A stretch of DNA of 64,000 bases from Amoebidium appalachense (taxonomy: Eukaryota; Protista; Ichthyosporea), in the NCBI GenBank assembly GCA_963693365.1, contig CAVNZM010000012.1:4826409-4890408 (forward strand), given 5' to 3'. Of the stretch, positions 51,552 to 64,000 are shown piece after piece (positions within the stretch are counted from its first letter, which is position 1; each line of letters starts with the position of its first letter). The notes under the pieces were generated by a model that was not told the origin of the DNA, searched no databases, and worked only from the letters and a program-made list of their open reading frames with translations. The translations under genes were made by a program, and so were the position numbers.

Positions 51552-52551
51552 GTAGAATGTAGTGCACCAGTTACTGTATGCCACTGGACTCGGAGGCAAC
51601 ACAGGCAATTGCGCAGGGACACACGAAGCACGGGACTCTTTAGATCACTGTGGACAATTGAACAAACATACTTGAGAACGACGGGGGGGGGGGGGGGGGG
51701 GGCTAATATGTTATCTATATATAATAGTATATATATATCATGATATATATATATATATATAGGGGGGGGGGGGGGGGGGGGGGAGGCTTGCACACCTTTG
51801 TTTCCTCAGTCTCGTCCTCAATCAACGCTACCAATACTGGCTCCAAGGGAGAGAAATTTCCATCTTGGAGCGGCTCTACGGGCTGAGAATAGAACGGATA
51901 GTTGGAAAGGTTGGAGAATATTGCATGGTTGGCATAGCGGGATATGAGCCCCCCGTCAGGCCCGATGATGATTATCATGGGAACAACTGCGTGGATATGA
52001 TTTTTTAATTTTTATTTTATCATTTAAAAAAATGATAGTTGGGTAATGGCATAAACCTATAAGGAAGGCCGGGTATTGTAAGGCATAGACCTCGGACGCA
52101 GTTGTGTGGGTTGTGTATGCATACTCGTTTGTGGGTGTTTTGTTTTGGGTGCTTGTACCTGCAGGTGTGTGTGCACGCGTATGTGTATCTGTTTGTGTGT
52201 GTGCGCCTCCGTCTGCATGCGCACTTGTACAGGTGTGTGCATTTGTGCCTTCCCTTGTGCATGTGTGAATGTGTGCACCCAACTTGTTTTTACTGAGTTA
52301 TGTGTGTGTGTGCCACCGGGTCCTGTCGTGATAAACTTCCGAAATAGGATTAAAAAAAAAAGGCACTTTATGTTGGTGTATGCGGAAAGGGGGGTGGAAA
52401 ATGGAGACGGGAATGAGGGGGTTTGAGGCTGTTACAAGTGCTTCTCTACACTTGTTGAACTGTGGGAGGTGGGTGCACGTGGGGGATTTTCTTTTGCTTT
52501 CTTTTCTATCCTTTCTTTTTCTTCTTTTTTCTTTTTTCTTTTTTTTTTTTT

Positions 52552-52582
<31 letters not shown>

Positions 52583-53034
52583 GGGGAAGGGGGAGGGAGG
52601 GGATATGGAACAGCAAGAGGGAAAAAGAAGCGGCAGGGAGGGCCGGTGTGACACGGTGGTTGGAGGTTATTTCACGGTTTTTTTTAACTCTCTTTAGCTT
52701 AATCTTTTGGTGGAGGAAGGGATGGGGAGGGGCAACGGACTGGGGTTTTTTTTTTTTGGGGGGGGGGGGGAGGGGGGGAGGGGGAGGGGGGGGCGGTTGA
52801 GGGGGTGGGGGAGGGGGGGGGGGAGGGGGGGGGGGGGGGAGCAAGGGAGCATATGGTCTATGTGTATGTTTGTGTGTGGGAGCATATGGTCTATGTGTAT
52901 GTTTGTGTGTGTGTGCCATTACGCAAGGGTGCTCGCGCATGTATGTGTGCCTGTGTGTGTGCGCGCCTGTGTATGTATGTTTGTGCGTGTGCGTGTGTGT
53001 GTGTGTGTGTATTAAGAGTGAAAATCTGTGTGTG

Positions 53035-53116
<82 letters not shown>

Positions 53117-54404
53117 GTGCGTGTGTGCACGAGCACTCGTGCGCGTGCATACGTGTTTGTGTGTGCGAGGGCGCGCTCGCGTTTGTGCCTGCGCGCACAC
53201 GCATGTGCATGTGTGTATGTGCGTTGGGAGGGGTGGTGGTGGGGGGGGGGGGAGCCTCAGGGGGTCATACAGTAAATACTCAATAGCAATTTTAGCTTGT
53301 TTCCATTCTCTCTGGCCTCATACGGCAGGGACAACCACAGCATATGCTTCCTGTGGTGGTGGTAGTCTTCCTCCCTCTTGTCCCTCGACACCCAAATGAG
53401 CTCAAAGTCCTTGGTGAGTTCGCGGATCTCGGCGTAGCGAGTAACTAGACGTGGTGTTAGGTCGCGGCATGGTGGGCTGTTGCCGTTGGCGTGGTTAAAT
53501 TCGATTTGAACCTGTTGTTACACCATCCAACTGCTCTTTTTCCCCTTTATCCCCCCCCCCCCCCCCCCCCCCCCCCCTTTTTTTTTTTTTTTTTTTTTCC
53601 TGCTAATGCGATAATTATTGCTGGAAGGAAAGGGGAGGGAGGGTGAGAAGATGTCCTTCGAGTCGACCAAGGGTATTTCAGCATTTCTACCATTCAAATG
53701 CGAGCATTTCCGTGAAGGGTTGTTGTAGGGATATCATGGTTTTACTTTTCTAACACCCCCCCCCCCCCCCCCCCCTCACCCCCTCCCCCCTCTCCCCCCC
53801 CCCCCACACACACACACAAAGGAAACGAAAAAAGAAAAGGAAAAAAAAGAAAAAAAAAGAAAAGGTGTATGAAGATCACACAATGTGAACGCAACGATGC
53901 AAGGGGTGTGAATCCCCCCCCCCCCCCCCCCCCCCCACCACCACCACCACCACCACCACCACCATCAACACACACACACACACCCACTCACCCACCCAAC
54001 CACCCACCCACCCACCCACCCCTCAAAAAATTTCTGCACAAAGTTTACACAGGCATATGCATGCAAACACCTGCGCACTTACGGTCGATATCTTTCTGAT
54101 ATGCATCTGAATTTTTTCCCGACATGGCGCACATGGACTCAGTAGATATACCGTAATGATAGTGACGCAAGAAAAGCGTGCATGCACACAGGTAGACCAA
54201 CAGTACATCATAATATAAGATGATATCAATCGGCATCCACGCCATAAACAAACAAGCAGAGTTTGAAGGTGATACGTACCACCAGGAAGCACCAAAGTAC
54301 ACAGCCACCGTTTTCCCACCAAGGGCTGTGTGTGCATCCACTTCTCTGCCGTCGGCTGTAAGAAATTTGTTTCCAAGCACAGAGAGCAGGTTACATGTTG
54401 CCAT
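50777..54404 (-). CDS. NXN: Nucleoredoxin-like thiol oxidoreductase; exons 54280-54404, 53280-53476, 51796-51986, 50777-51298
   Basis: Splicing yields GKTVAVYFGASWCPPCR...FELIWVSRD...MLWLSLPY...PMIIIIGPDG...YPF. A b'-like C-terminus ending LRQFVDDFKAGRL contains an internal Cys-rich finger. Exon phases are consistent. Confidence 0.9.
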
Positions 54405-54454
54405 GCTGCTCGTTACTTGCGCCAAAAGCGGCGGGGTAGAGCTCGAATTTTTAC

Positions 54455-54487
<33 letters not shown>

Positions 54488-55450
54488 AACTAAAATTAAA
54501 ACAACAAGTACAAATACAACAAAAACTTGAAACTGGGTGGTATACGTAAGTTAATATTAATGAGTTGCTGTTAGACCATTTTTACCTGCTTTTCGCTTTA
54601 GACGTTGGCTAATGTTTGATTCATCCCAAACCCTTCGTTGAAACACACTCAAACTTCGCCTGCACAATCATTAAAAGAGGGGCAAGTGATGACGTGTGGG
54701 TGGTCAGTTATATACTAGTAGCCGTGATTTTTCCCTGCATGAATGAACTTGGTTATGTGTGCAAGGTTGTAGCGTAAGTGGTCCTGCTATGGGTTGCGCA
54801 AAAGGAAGCAAGCAACGCGAGACTATGGTATGTACTATAAGCATGAGGGAGCATGCGGCCTACTTTGGAAACACTGCGAACTTTCCAAAGAAGGTGCCCT
54901 ATGTACATAGGGGCAGTGGTGGCAGCTAGGAGGCACAGTAAGGAAAGGTGGCATTAGTTAAGGAACCTACACAAAATTTGATTGGTTAAGTTATGAGTAC
55001 CCGATTCCCAAGAAAACGTGCGCAATGGAATCCATTTTGGAATCATCAATTCATATATCAGATAGTGTTTAGAAATGTTGTAGCGTTGTAAAATTATATA
55101 TATTTTTGGCATTTGTTTTGTTTCTTACTTGCTCTCTTTGTTTGGCGTCCAGCCTCAGGGTGTCTGAATACATATTGTGGTATATTGTTTGAATACATAT
55201 TGCAATGGAAAATTATCGTTTGCTCTCAGCCAGACATGTACAGCTATAGATGATCCTATAGTTTACCTATAGTCTTGTGCTGATAAGTTCTGGCTATCTA
55301 TTGGTGTTTGGTCATGCAGGCATGCTATCAATAGATCTAGCTTAGATCTGGTGCAAGCTAAACCAATCAACATCAGGTTTTGGAAGGGGTTTAGATTGAA
55401 GTTATCCAATCAGCTCTCGAAGCATCTCGTGACGTCACTGGCACAGGGTG
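54405..55450. promoter_or_regulatory. Divergent intergenic region with CCAAT boxes and a palindromic CRE
   Basis: ATTGG ~54981, CCAATCA ~55363 and ~55406, and GTGACGTCAC ~55429. Confidence 0.4.
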
Positions 55451-56586
55451 ACAAACGTGAGGGCCGCACGGAGCCCACACCATTTGAGGACTGTTCCTAA
55501 TATAGAGGGAGATTTTGAGCGATGATATAGGGCATGCATTTAGAATGTTCCGAATAGGCATGTGCACTGAACGATTCAGTCATATTAAAATTAATCTGCA
55601 TATTGCAATTGGTAAGTTGTTTGGCCTTTTGTGGCTCTCATCGGAATTCTGCGCTGCGACTTGAGCCTTGAGTGGCATGGGTATGCTATGTAATGCTATG
55701 TACACATTTTTAGCATGCTAACAAGTTGCAACAGCGTTGCTGTCGCCGAGTCCTAGCGGTGGCATGTACGGTAAGTGCGCAGGAGATCTACTCTGGTTCG
55801 TGTAAGTAAACACAGTACTTGCATGGGGGGATCGTGGGGGGGGCAACTCCACCCCCCAAATCTGTTCAAAATCTGTATCACAGTATAAGTTTCTTTCTGC
55901 CATTTATTACAGTATCGGGCTTTCTTGTTTGGTTCGTGCATTTTTGTTTAGCAACACTGGCACTGATATCATAGTATCGATATCTATAGACCACTGCTGT
56001 GTTATCTATCTATCGTTATTCTTCTCAGGCTCAATCCGATAGTGCGCCTGGTGACGCATGAATGCGGGCCCCATGCTCACTCGAGCTCGTGATCATCATG
56101 TTGTTCGAAATACGTTTTCCACGGAACAAATATCCAACCAGAGAGCGAGAGGATTTACTACGGGACAAAATGCTCTTCATGTGTAGGCACCTTTGAGCAA
56201 AAACACAAGCTGGGCTAAGGATGGGGGGGGGGGGGGGGGGGGGGGAGGGGGGGGGGGGGGGGGGAGGGGGGGATGTGGGGGGAGACCGGCAAGGGAGGGA
56301 GGGAGTGAGAGAGGGACTCCGAGGGAGGGAGGGAGGGAGAAAAGGGGGAGGGAGGGAGGGATGGAGAGAGGGAGGGAGGGAGGGAGGGAGGGAGGGAGGG
56401 AGGGAGGGAGGAAGGGAGGGAGGAAGGGAGGGAGGGAGGGAGGGAGGGAGGGGAGGGGGGACGGGCCGGGGTGCAGATGTGTTACAGTTACTGGGTACCA
56501 ACGGTGTGTGTGCACATGTACACGTGGTGGATATTTAGAGGGTGGTATGTATTGGAGAAGTAGAAGAACACCTACGAAAGTTTTTT

Positions 56587-56631
<45 letters not shown>

Positions 56632-57396
56632 GGGGGGGGCTCGACCATGAGCTTCTTAATCTGACTGTATGCGGGAAGAAGACGCAGGACCCTTTACTAG
56701 TATGAGGGGGTGTCACTTTGTCGTTCTTCTTGGGAGTATCCCTATATGCCATGTGTAACACGTGTCATTGATTGTACAGTACATATACAATCTGGACATA
56801 TAGTCAGTACCACACCCGTCACCGTCTGTGCATGTCACGTGATTCACACGAATATGATAATTTGTTTATAGTACCTGTAGATAACCTCTGCCCTCATATC
56901 ACACGGCCATCAACGGGCAGAGCAGTCATTTGATTAGTTGTACTAGGATCACACATTTCAATGTACATCAACACGAACACGAATGAAATTCCGTGCACAT
57001 TCCCTGCGTGCCGGGTTCAGAGCATCAAGGTTATAGGGCCCGGCACGAACACGAACTCACGTTTACATACATGTTATAAATTCGACGCAATCTTCCAACT
57101 GTTACATCAGGAAAAAAAGCTGCTTTGATATATTTCCACCCTTTCACACATCATCAGTGCTTCTATCTTCAATGTCCAGCGCACTGTCTATGTGGAGTTT
57201 AAAAAGTTAAAATTAAGCAGTAAAAACGAGAAAAAAAACATTATCTTCGAATAACCGTTGGATTCTGACCGCCTTCGAGAAATGTGGTCGACGGGTGGAC
57301 GTGGGTCATGGCAGGGGCAGAGAGGCAGGAGCTCTTCCGGAAGGGACCAGTACAGGGAAGGCGGACAAAGGTGTGTGTGTGTCTGTGTGTGTGTGT

Positions 57397-57474
<78 letters not shown>

Positions 57475-57565
57475 GTGTGCGTGTGTGTGTGTGTGTACAT
57501 GTGTGTGCAGTGGGGACATGCCTGCCTGCCTGCCTGCCTGGTTGCGCTTGTGTGTGTTGCCGTGT

Positions 57566-57602
<37 letters not shown>

Positions 57603-57820
57603 TGCGTTTACTTATGGGTCTCAATATGTGGGTGTGGAATCGTTTAAAAGGCCTGCAGGTCCTGCAGTTCGCGCCCTATGTACCTGTACGATAACGGATC
57701 TGTGTTGCGTGGGTACTGGTGCAGTGGTGAATGTTCGGGATTATAACTGCCCCTCTTTGTTTCCACACATGCACGTGTTTCTGATTGGTTGATGCCCATT
57801 TCTGATTGGTTGCAGCCCAG

Positions 57821-58279
57821 GCCACTACGTGAGACTGGCCTCAAGGTTGGGACTGTTCTGGTACCTTCCACCAACAGGGATGCTGTCTTCACTCAGGTAG
57901 ATTTCATTTGCCTCCCCCAACCCCTTCCCGGCCCCCTCCCCTTCCCCCCCCCCCCCCCCCCCTCTTGCCCCTCCCCTTCCCCCCCCCCCCCCCTCCCCCC
58001 CCCCTCTTGCCCCTCCCCTTCCCCCTCCCCCCCGCCCCCCACCCCGACCCCCTCTCGCCTCATCCTCCCCTTCCCCCGGGCTCCCCTTGCCCCCCCCCCC
58101 CCCCACCCCTACCCCCACCCTTCCCCCCCGGTTTCACCGGAGTCTTCCCGGCAAACTCCCCACTCTCTTTCCGCCTTCCCCAAGGGCTCTTCCCCATCCC
58201 TCCACCACTCCTGCCCGTCCTTTATTCCCCCTACTCCCCGCAACCTTCCCCCCGTCTCGCAATGCCCCTCTCTCCTCCG

Positions 58280-58319
<40 letters not shown>

Positions 58320-58945
58320 GAACCCCCTCCCACCCACCCACCAAAAAAAATGGCCCTTGATCCTCTTTCCGCATGCCCTCCACACACACACACAACACAA
58401 AGTTGGAAAAACTAAAAATAACGAAAGGAATAATTCGCTTACAGGTAAAAGCCACCCTCTACCAAGCAACACCCACAAAGCTCCGCCTCTCCCTCCTCGA
58501 CACCATCCCCCAAAACCTCCCGAAAGACCCCCCCGCCCTCCCCTCACACCCCGACCACGGGGGACCCGGCACCACCCGTATTCCGAGAGACTTTGCCCCA
58601 TTGGACAGCTCGGGGAGAAATCACGTGATAAATCACGTGTTCGCGTCCTTTTCCCGCCCGACGCACGCCGCGCTAGCAGCCGAAAAGTCGATCGCACGAC
58701 TTGAGATGCGATTTGGTCGGATTCTGTTTGATGCTGTGAAACTTGGCGACCTGGAGGGAGAGGTAGGCAAATTTACCCCCCCCCCCCCCCCCCCCCCCCC
58801 CCTCCCCCCCCCCCCCCCCCACCCTCCCGGGGCACCACTTTCCCCACACAACTTGAGTCTCCACCTCCCTGGTGTTTCCAAAATTGGCTGTTCCCTCAAC
58901 TATTCTCCGTCCCCTATCATAGCAGACCTTTTTTCCATACCTATT

Positions 58946-58981
<36 letters not shown>

Positions 58982-59656
58982 TTCTTTCGCCCCACACACA
59001 CACCCGGGAGACGAAACCACACTTCCTGACCTACCCCTTTCCCCTTGCTCCTCCAATTAAATCTTACTGGTCTACGACCCCGACCCTCCTCCCCCCCCCA
59101 CACCCTCCCCCCCCCCCCCCCCCCCCCCCCCTTTCCCCCCCTCCCGAAAGGCTCCCCCTCTCCCCCCCTTGCCCCTGTAACCTCCCCCCCCCCCCCCCAA
59201 CACCCCCCGCCCGCCCTTCCCATCCTCCCCCCCCCCCCCCCCCCCTTCCCCCCCTTCCCTCTCTTTTTACCTCTCTTTCATGGGATGTCGTCTCACTCTA
59301 CAACACAACTTGAGTCAACCTTCTGTCACCTGTCTTTGATCTGAATGGGTGCCGATCACGTGACAGGTCATCGCAGCCAATCGAATCCCAGATTTTCTTG
59401 GCCATGCTGCGGGCAGAAACACACGCTGGGAGTTTAACACCAACATCGAGGGAATAGGGGGCTGGAGTGTAAATTCCATCGGAAAATCCCTCAAGGAAAA
59501 ACTTGGGGAGGATCGTGTGGCCATCACATCGGAGACACGGTAACACCCCCCCCCCCCCCCCCCCCCCCCCCTCTCTCCCCCCCCCCCTCTCTCTCTCTCT
59601 CCCCCCCCCCCCCCCCCTCCCCCCCTCCTCCCCACCCCCCGGCCTCCCCCCCCCCC

Positions 59657-59692
<36 letters not shown>

Positions 59693-59761
59693 AAGGTTGC
59701 TCACTCATCAACCCACGGTCTGGGCTTCTCCGTCACACCCCACCACATTCCCAGGCCTCCC

Positions 59762-59792
<31 letters not shown>

Positions 59793-61007
59793 GCCCCGAC
59801 CCTGCCCCCCCCCCTTCCCCCTCCGTCCCTCCCCAGCCCCCCCCCCTCCCCACCTCCCACCCATTCCCCCTCCCTCCCTCCCCTTCCTTACCATTCCCTG
59901 GTCGTCAGTGAAGCCCGGGGCTACTTTTCCCCCTACCCATGCTCCCCCTTCTTCCTCCACATAAACACATACACATTTAAACATACCCCTAGGCCTAGGA
60001 TTTCCTGTCTCTCTGTAACCCTGCCAAATCCATCCTCCCGGCTCACCTCTCCGGTTTTCTAATCCCCCCTCCCCCCCTCCCCCTCCCCCCCCCATAAGCA
60101 CCCCCTCACACACGGTCATACCCACGTACACAAAAGTGCACTAAACACACGGGCATACGCACATACAGCTGTACAGACATGCCTGTGCACACACAAAAAC
60201 ACACATACACACCCTCCCATCCCTCCTACCCTCTCACCCTCGCACCCACCACCCACCACCCCCCCACCCATACCCCCCCCACTCCCCCCCTCCCCCCCAC
60301 ACACAGCTACACCATCGAACACACCAGCGGCAAGCGCTACTCGTGCCTTCTCGACCCTTCCACCCAAACACTATGTCAGGTGAGCGAGGCCACGGCCACG
60401 AGAGATCAGGTACTGCGCCTAGACATTGCCTTATTGGGATGCAACGCCGACCTCCGATTGGCTATTGACAGCGGCCCGGCGGCGACCAATGAAACGGCTC
60501 CAACGGTGACCTCTCTCCCTAGCCTACACCTGGAGTCTGACGGGAACATCTCCCACGATGCGGAATCGCTTCATCTTGTGAGGAGAAAGGAGATGACTCG
60601 TTTTGTGTTGGAAAATTTCGGGGGGGGTCGAAGTTACCCTCACCAACGTGACCCAGTGGTCAAGGGAGACTGGACGCTTGGAGGAAAAACGTACCGTCGA
60701 GATTGAATTTACGGCTAAGGAACCCCCCACCACCGATTGGACCGCGATGAGTTTCGTGCGGCAGCTTCAGAGTTCGTGGGAGGCTGCGATGGTTCTCGCA
60801 AACGGTCCATTTTCGGCTGGGGCAGGTGATAGAGCCCCCCTGCCTGAAATTTCAAGCGCTGGTGAAGAGAACGAGCTGGTGGATCAGCTGGGACGGCTTG
60901 AATTTCCTCTTGGAAGTAATTTGAATTGTATCATCCCGCTGAATGTGCGTGAAGTTGTGCCGAGTGGATATATTTATATACGTGATATAATGCTAAGGAG
61001 ACAGTAA
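57821..61007 (+). CDS. Uncharacterised protein with CYTH/triphosphate-tunnel-like motifs; exons 57821-57896, 58445-58762, 59367-59539, 60307-61007; upstream exons unresolved
   Basis: In-phase GT-AG exons with motifs RLEMRFGRILF, DLRLAI, VRRKEMTRF, VTLTNV and VEIEF. One extra G in the G8 run at 60620-60627 shifts the frame, probably an assembly error. Confidence 0.6.
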
Positions 61008-61512
61008 TGGGAGTTCGCCAAAACATTGTAATGTGGTCAATAATGTGGATTGTCATAATATGTGGGAATGCATGCTGGGTTGATGGTCTCGGGAGAGGGG
61101 GGGGGGGGGGGGTTGACTCGTTATATGCAAATTTTTCTTGGAGAGTTATTCTTTTCTTATTCCAAACTTTCTCGATACATTGCACCTGCTGGATTAGAAG
61201 AAATTGTATAATGTATTCGTGTATGTTATTTTAATTTTTATTCTTCGTTATTACATTTTGTTTTTAATATAGTCGTAAGATCCATTGTATGTAGGTGTGT
61301 GTACTATTTTTTTTTTTTTTTGGTTTTAGGTGTTCCAACTGTTTATGTTGGTTTTATTATTATTGTGTTGTTATATTTATTTGGGGAAGGGGGTGGGCGG
61401 GTGGGTGGGTGGGTGGATGGGGGGGGGGGGGGAGGGGGGTAGTTAGAGTGCTCAGTGTGCTCGTAGCACCAAGGTTTCCCGTTGATAAAGTTTGGTATAT
61501 GTATCTATTCGT

Positions 61513-61569
<57 letters not shown>

Positions 61570-62135
61570 GGGGGGGGGGGGGGAGAAGGGGGGCGGGGGG
61601 GAAGGGGGGGGGGGGGGGGAGAGGAGGGGGAGGGGGGGGGGGATCTCATAGACAAGAAAGGCAAAACACTGTTGGTTATGTCTTTTTAATTGTTCAAGTG
61701 CTTGGTATGATACCCAGGAGAATTATGTGTTGCTTGCTTTATCGTATCCTCTGTATATCTGACGGGTGTCTCCTACACTGGCTGGCAATGTGATCACTTT
61801 AGACTTTTTGTTGAATTCTGTTGGTCGTCACATTGAGTATTTATATAATTTTCACACAGTGTTCAGGTATCTCAGTATGCACTTGTTACTGGATACCCCG
61901 TGAAGTTTTTATTGCCTTTTAAGTATGCCGTGGATACTTGCATATCTTTCCGTTGATTAAATCCAGTCAAAAGAAAAAGAAAAAGAAATATCTTGCCAGT
62001 TCGTATCGCAATATAAACGATAAAAACGAAAACCTTGGCGTGTGTGAACTGTGTGTGCAAGCACACACAGGACCGAAAATCACATGTACTCATGTATCAG
62101 ATGTGTCTGTACACACCACTTGGTATAACTAGGAG

Positions 62136-62204
<69 letters not shown>

Positions 62205-62298
62205 CATGGCTACATGAAGAGTATATCTAAACGTGTGCATGTCCATGCACGTACATTAACTCTTATGCCCAGGTTTGTGCTCCGTATACACATGCACA

Positions 62299-62330
<32 letters not shown>

Positions 62331-63496
62331 CCCCCCTGCCCTCTCCTCTTCCCAATCACACAAGCACATTCTCCCCCCTTCCTTCTCTCTCTCGTTCTCT
62401 TTCTCCCCCTCCCCCCCCCCTCCTCTCCCCTCCCCCCTCTCCACCACCACATGTACGTACACACAAAACAACAGGGCATTCGCGTGCAGAATAGGGAAGT
62501 GGGGAGGATGTGAGTGTGTGGGGAGGGGGGGGATGGGGGGGGGGGGGTTAGGAGGGATTGGAGTGGGGGGGGCTCGAGGAAAGAAAGGAAAACTGAAGAG
62601 ATTCAATCCCCATACTACAGGCCCAATGGGCTTTTCGGTGCGCCCATTTAGATAAGGGCATTAAAAATTTCCGACCTTACTCCTCTCCCTCTCTCTCTTG
62701 TCGTCCTACAATTGGCTACCCTCCTTTCTTGCTTAGCTGATTTTTCCCGGTACAGGCGAAGCCCCGCCTCCCCCTCCCCCCAAACAACAACATAAAAAAA
62801 GGAAAGAAGTGAATAAAGAAAAAGGCACAAAAGAAAACCTAGACCCGCCCAAGAAAGAGGGTATGGGCGACATATGTTGAAAGTAGAAATTTTCTGTAAC
62901 ATGTACAGCTAAAACCCGGTTGAACGGATGGCTCTAGGGGGACCACCAGCAGCTTCTTCCGGGTCTCCCCCCCCCCCCCCCCCCACAAAAAAAACGTACT
63001 GCCCCCCCCCCCCCCTCCCCCCCCCCCCCCCCACCCCCACTCCCTCCTAACCTCAATCCCCCTCCCCCTTTCCCCTCCTAACCTCAATCCCCTCTCTTCC
63101 CCCTCCTAAGCTCAATCCTCCCCTTCCCCCTCCCCCTCCCCCCCACGGAGCTCAACAACGTGCACACAGTTGACGGATAAACCGTGGTTGTACATTCCCA
63201 CCGATCAATGACTGGTGCCTGCCTTCCCTACTTATTACTGTTTGGTGCATGGCTTACGTCACCCAACTGATGTAGCCATAGCTATAAGTAGAGGCACGTA
63301 CCACTACTCATTCTCCTCCTCCTGCCCCCCTACCCCGTCCCCCCTGACCCCCCCCCCCCCCCCCCCCAGCCTTCCCCCTCTGAACCTCGGACACTAAGTG
63401 TTAGGCACTTGTCCATCCTCACAACAGCAGCTCAGCTCCCATAGATTTAATGTCTTAAAAATAGAAAGTCATTGCCTCATGTTGCCACATGGACCC

Positions 63497-63529
<33 letters not shown>

Positions 63530-64000
63530 TCCCCTTTCCCCCCCTTCTCATAAACACCCAAACGGCTTTACCTCCCACACACCACAACTTGGTACCGTAC
63601 CTAATTAGCACAATTCATGACCTGTTTATAGTTCAACAACTCGCCAAACATAGGCAAATCTGCTAGCGCCAACTCCTCAGAACATCAACCCCCTCCCCAC
63701 TCCCTCCCCTTCCCCCTCCCCCCCCCCCCCCCCACTCCCCCCCCCCCCCCCCCGGGCTTTCCCCGCCCCACCCCCCCCCCCCCCCCCAGCGGACAAAACC
63801 CACCCCACCTTTACAACCATATCCCCCCTTCCCCCCCCCCCCTCCCCCCCCCCCCCCCTCTCCCCTCCCCTCCCCAACTGATTCATAACTCTTTGTCATC
63901 GACAGTGTATCAATAAAAACTTCAGAAACCACCTCTCCCACGAAACATGCCAGATTTTGATCACGTGACGTGCGAATCCTCCACCGTCTCCATCATTGAT

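Noticed and set aside
60620-60627. Programmed frameshift in the CYTH-like gene
   Set aside because: A one-base homopolymer error is the simpler explanation in an assembly rich in G-runs.
61650-64000. Possible gene fragments at the right edge
   Set aside because: The short complex patches between tracts did not join into a credible reading frame.

Overview
This is a eukaryotic genomic window whose introns are packed with poly-G/C, (CA)n and (GA)n tracts. Most of the supplied ORFs are microsatellite artefacts. The animal-type MRPS28 and nucleoredoxin b' domain suggest a unicellular holozoan (inference only). I reconstructed six spliced host genes by eye: pyrimidine 5'-nucleotidase NT5C3 (partial, -), mitoribosomal MRPS28/bS1m (+), a GPR107/108/TMEM87-family 7TM protein (-), an OVCA2/FSH1 serine hydrolase (+), a WCPPC nucleoredoxin with a DC1/ZZ-like zinc finger inserted in its b' domain (-), and a CYTH/triphosphate-tunnel-like protein (+). 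Mobile DNA includes an RT-deleted Copia (4659-8076), a 5'-truncated LINE (~9100-10696) and a nested island (16.7-33.1 kb). The island holds two Ngaro-type tyrosine-recombinase retrotransposons with split direct repeats, plus Copia fragments and LTRs. The most notable signals are in the Ngaro elements: hairpin-embedded AATAAA signals, poly-C tracts that set the RT and YR frames, and a mosaic YR duplication. The hybrid nucleoredoxin architecture and an intronic array copying an exon end plus splice donor also stand out. All assignments come from motif recognition, not database searches.
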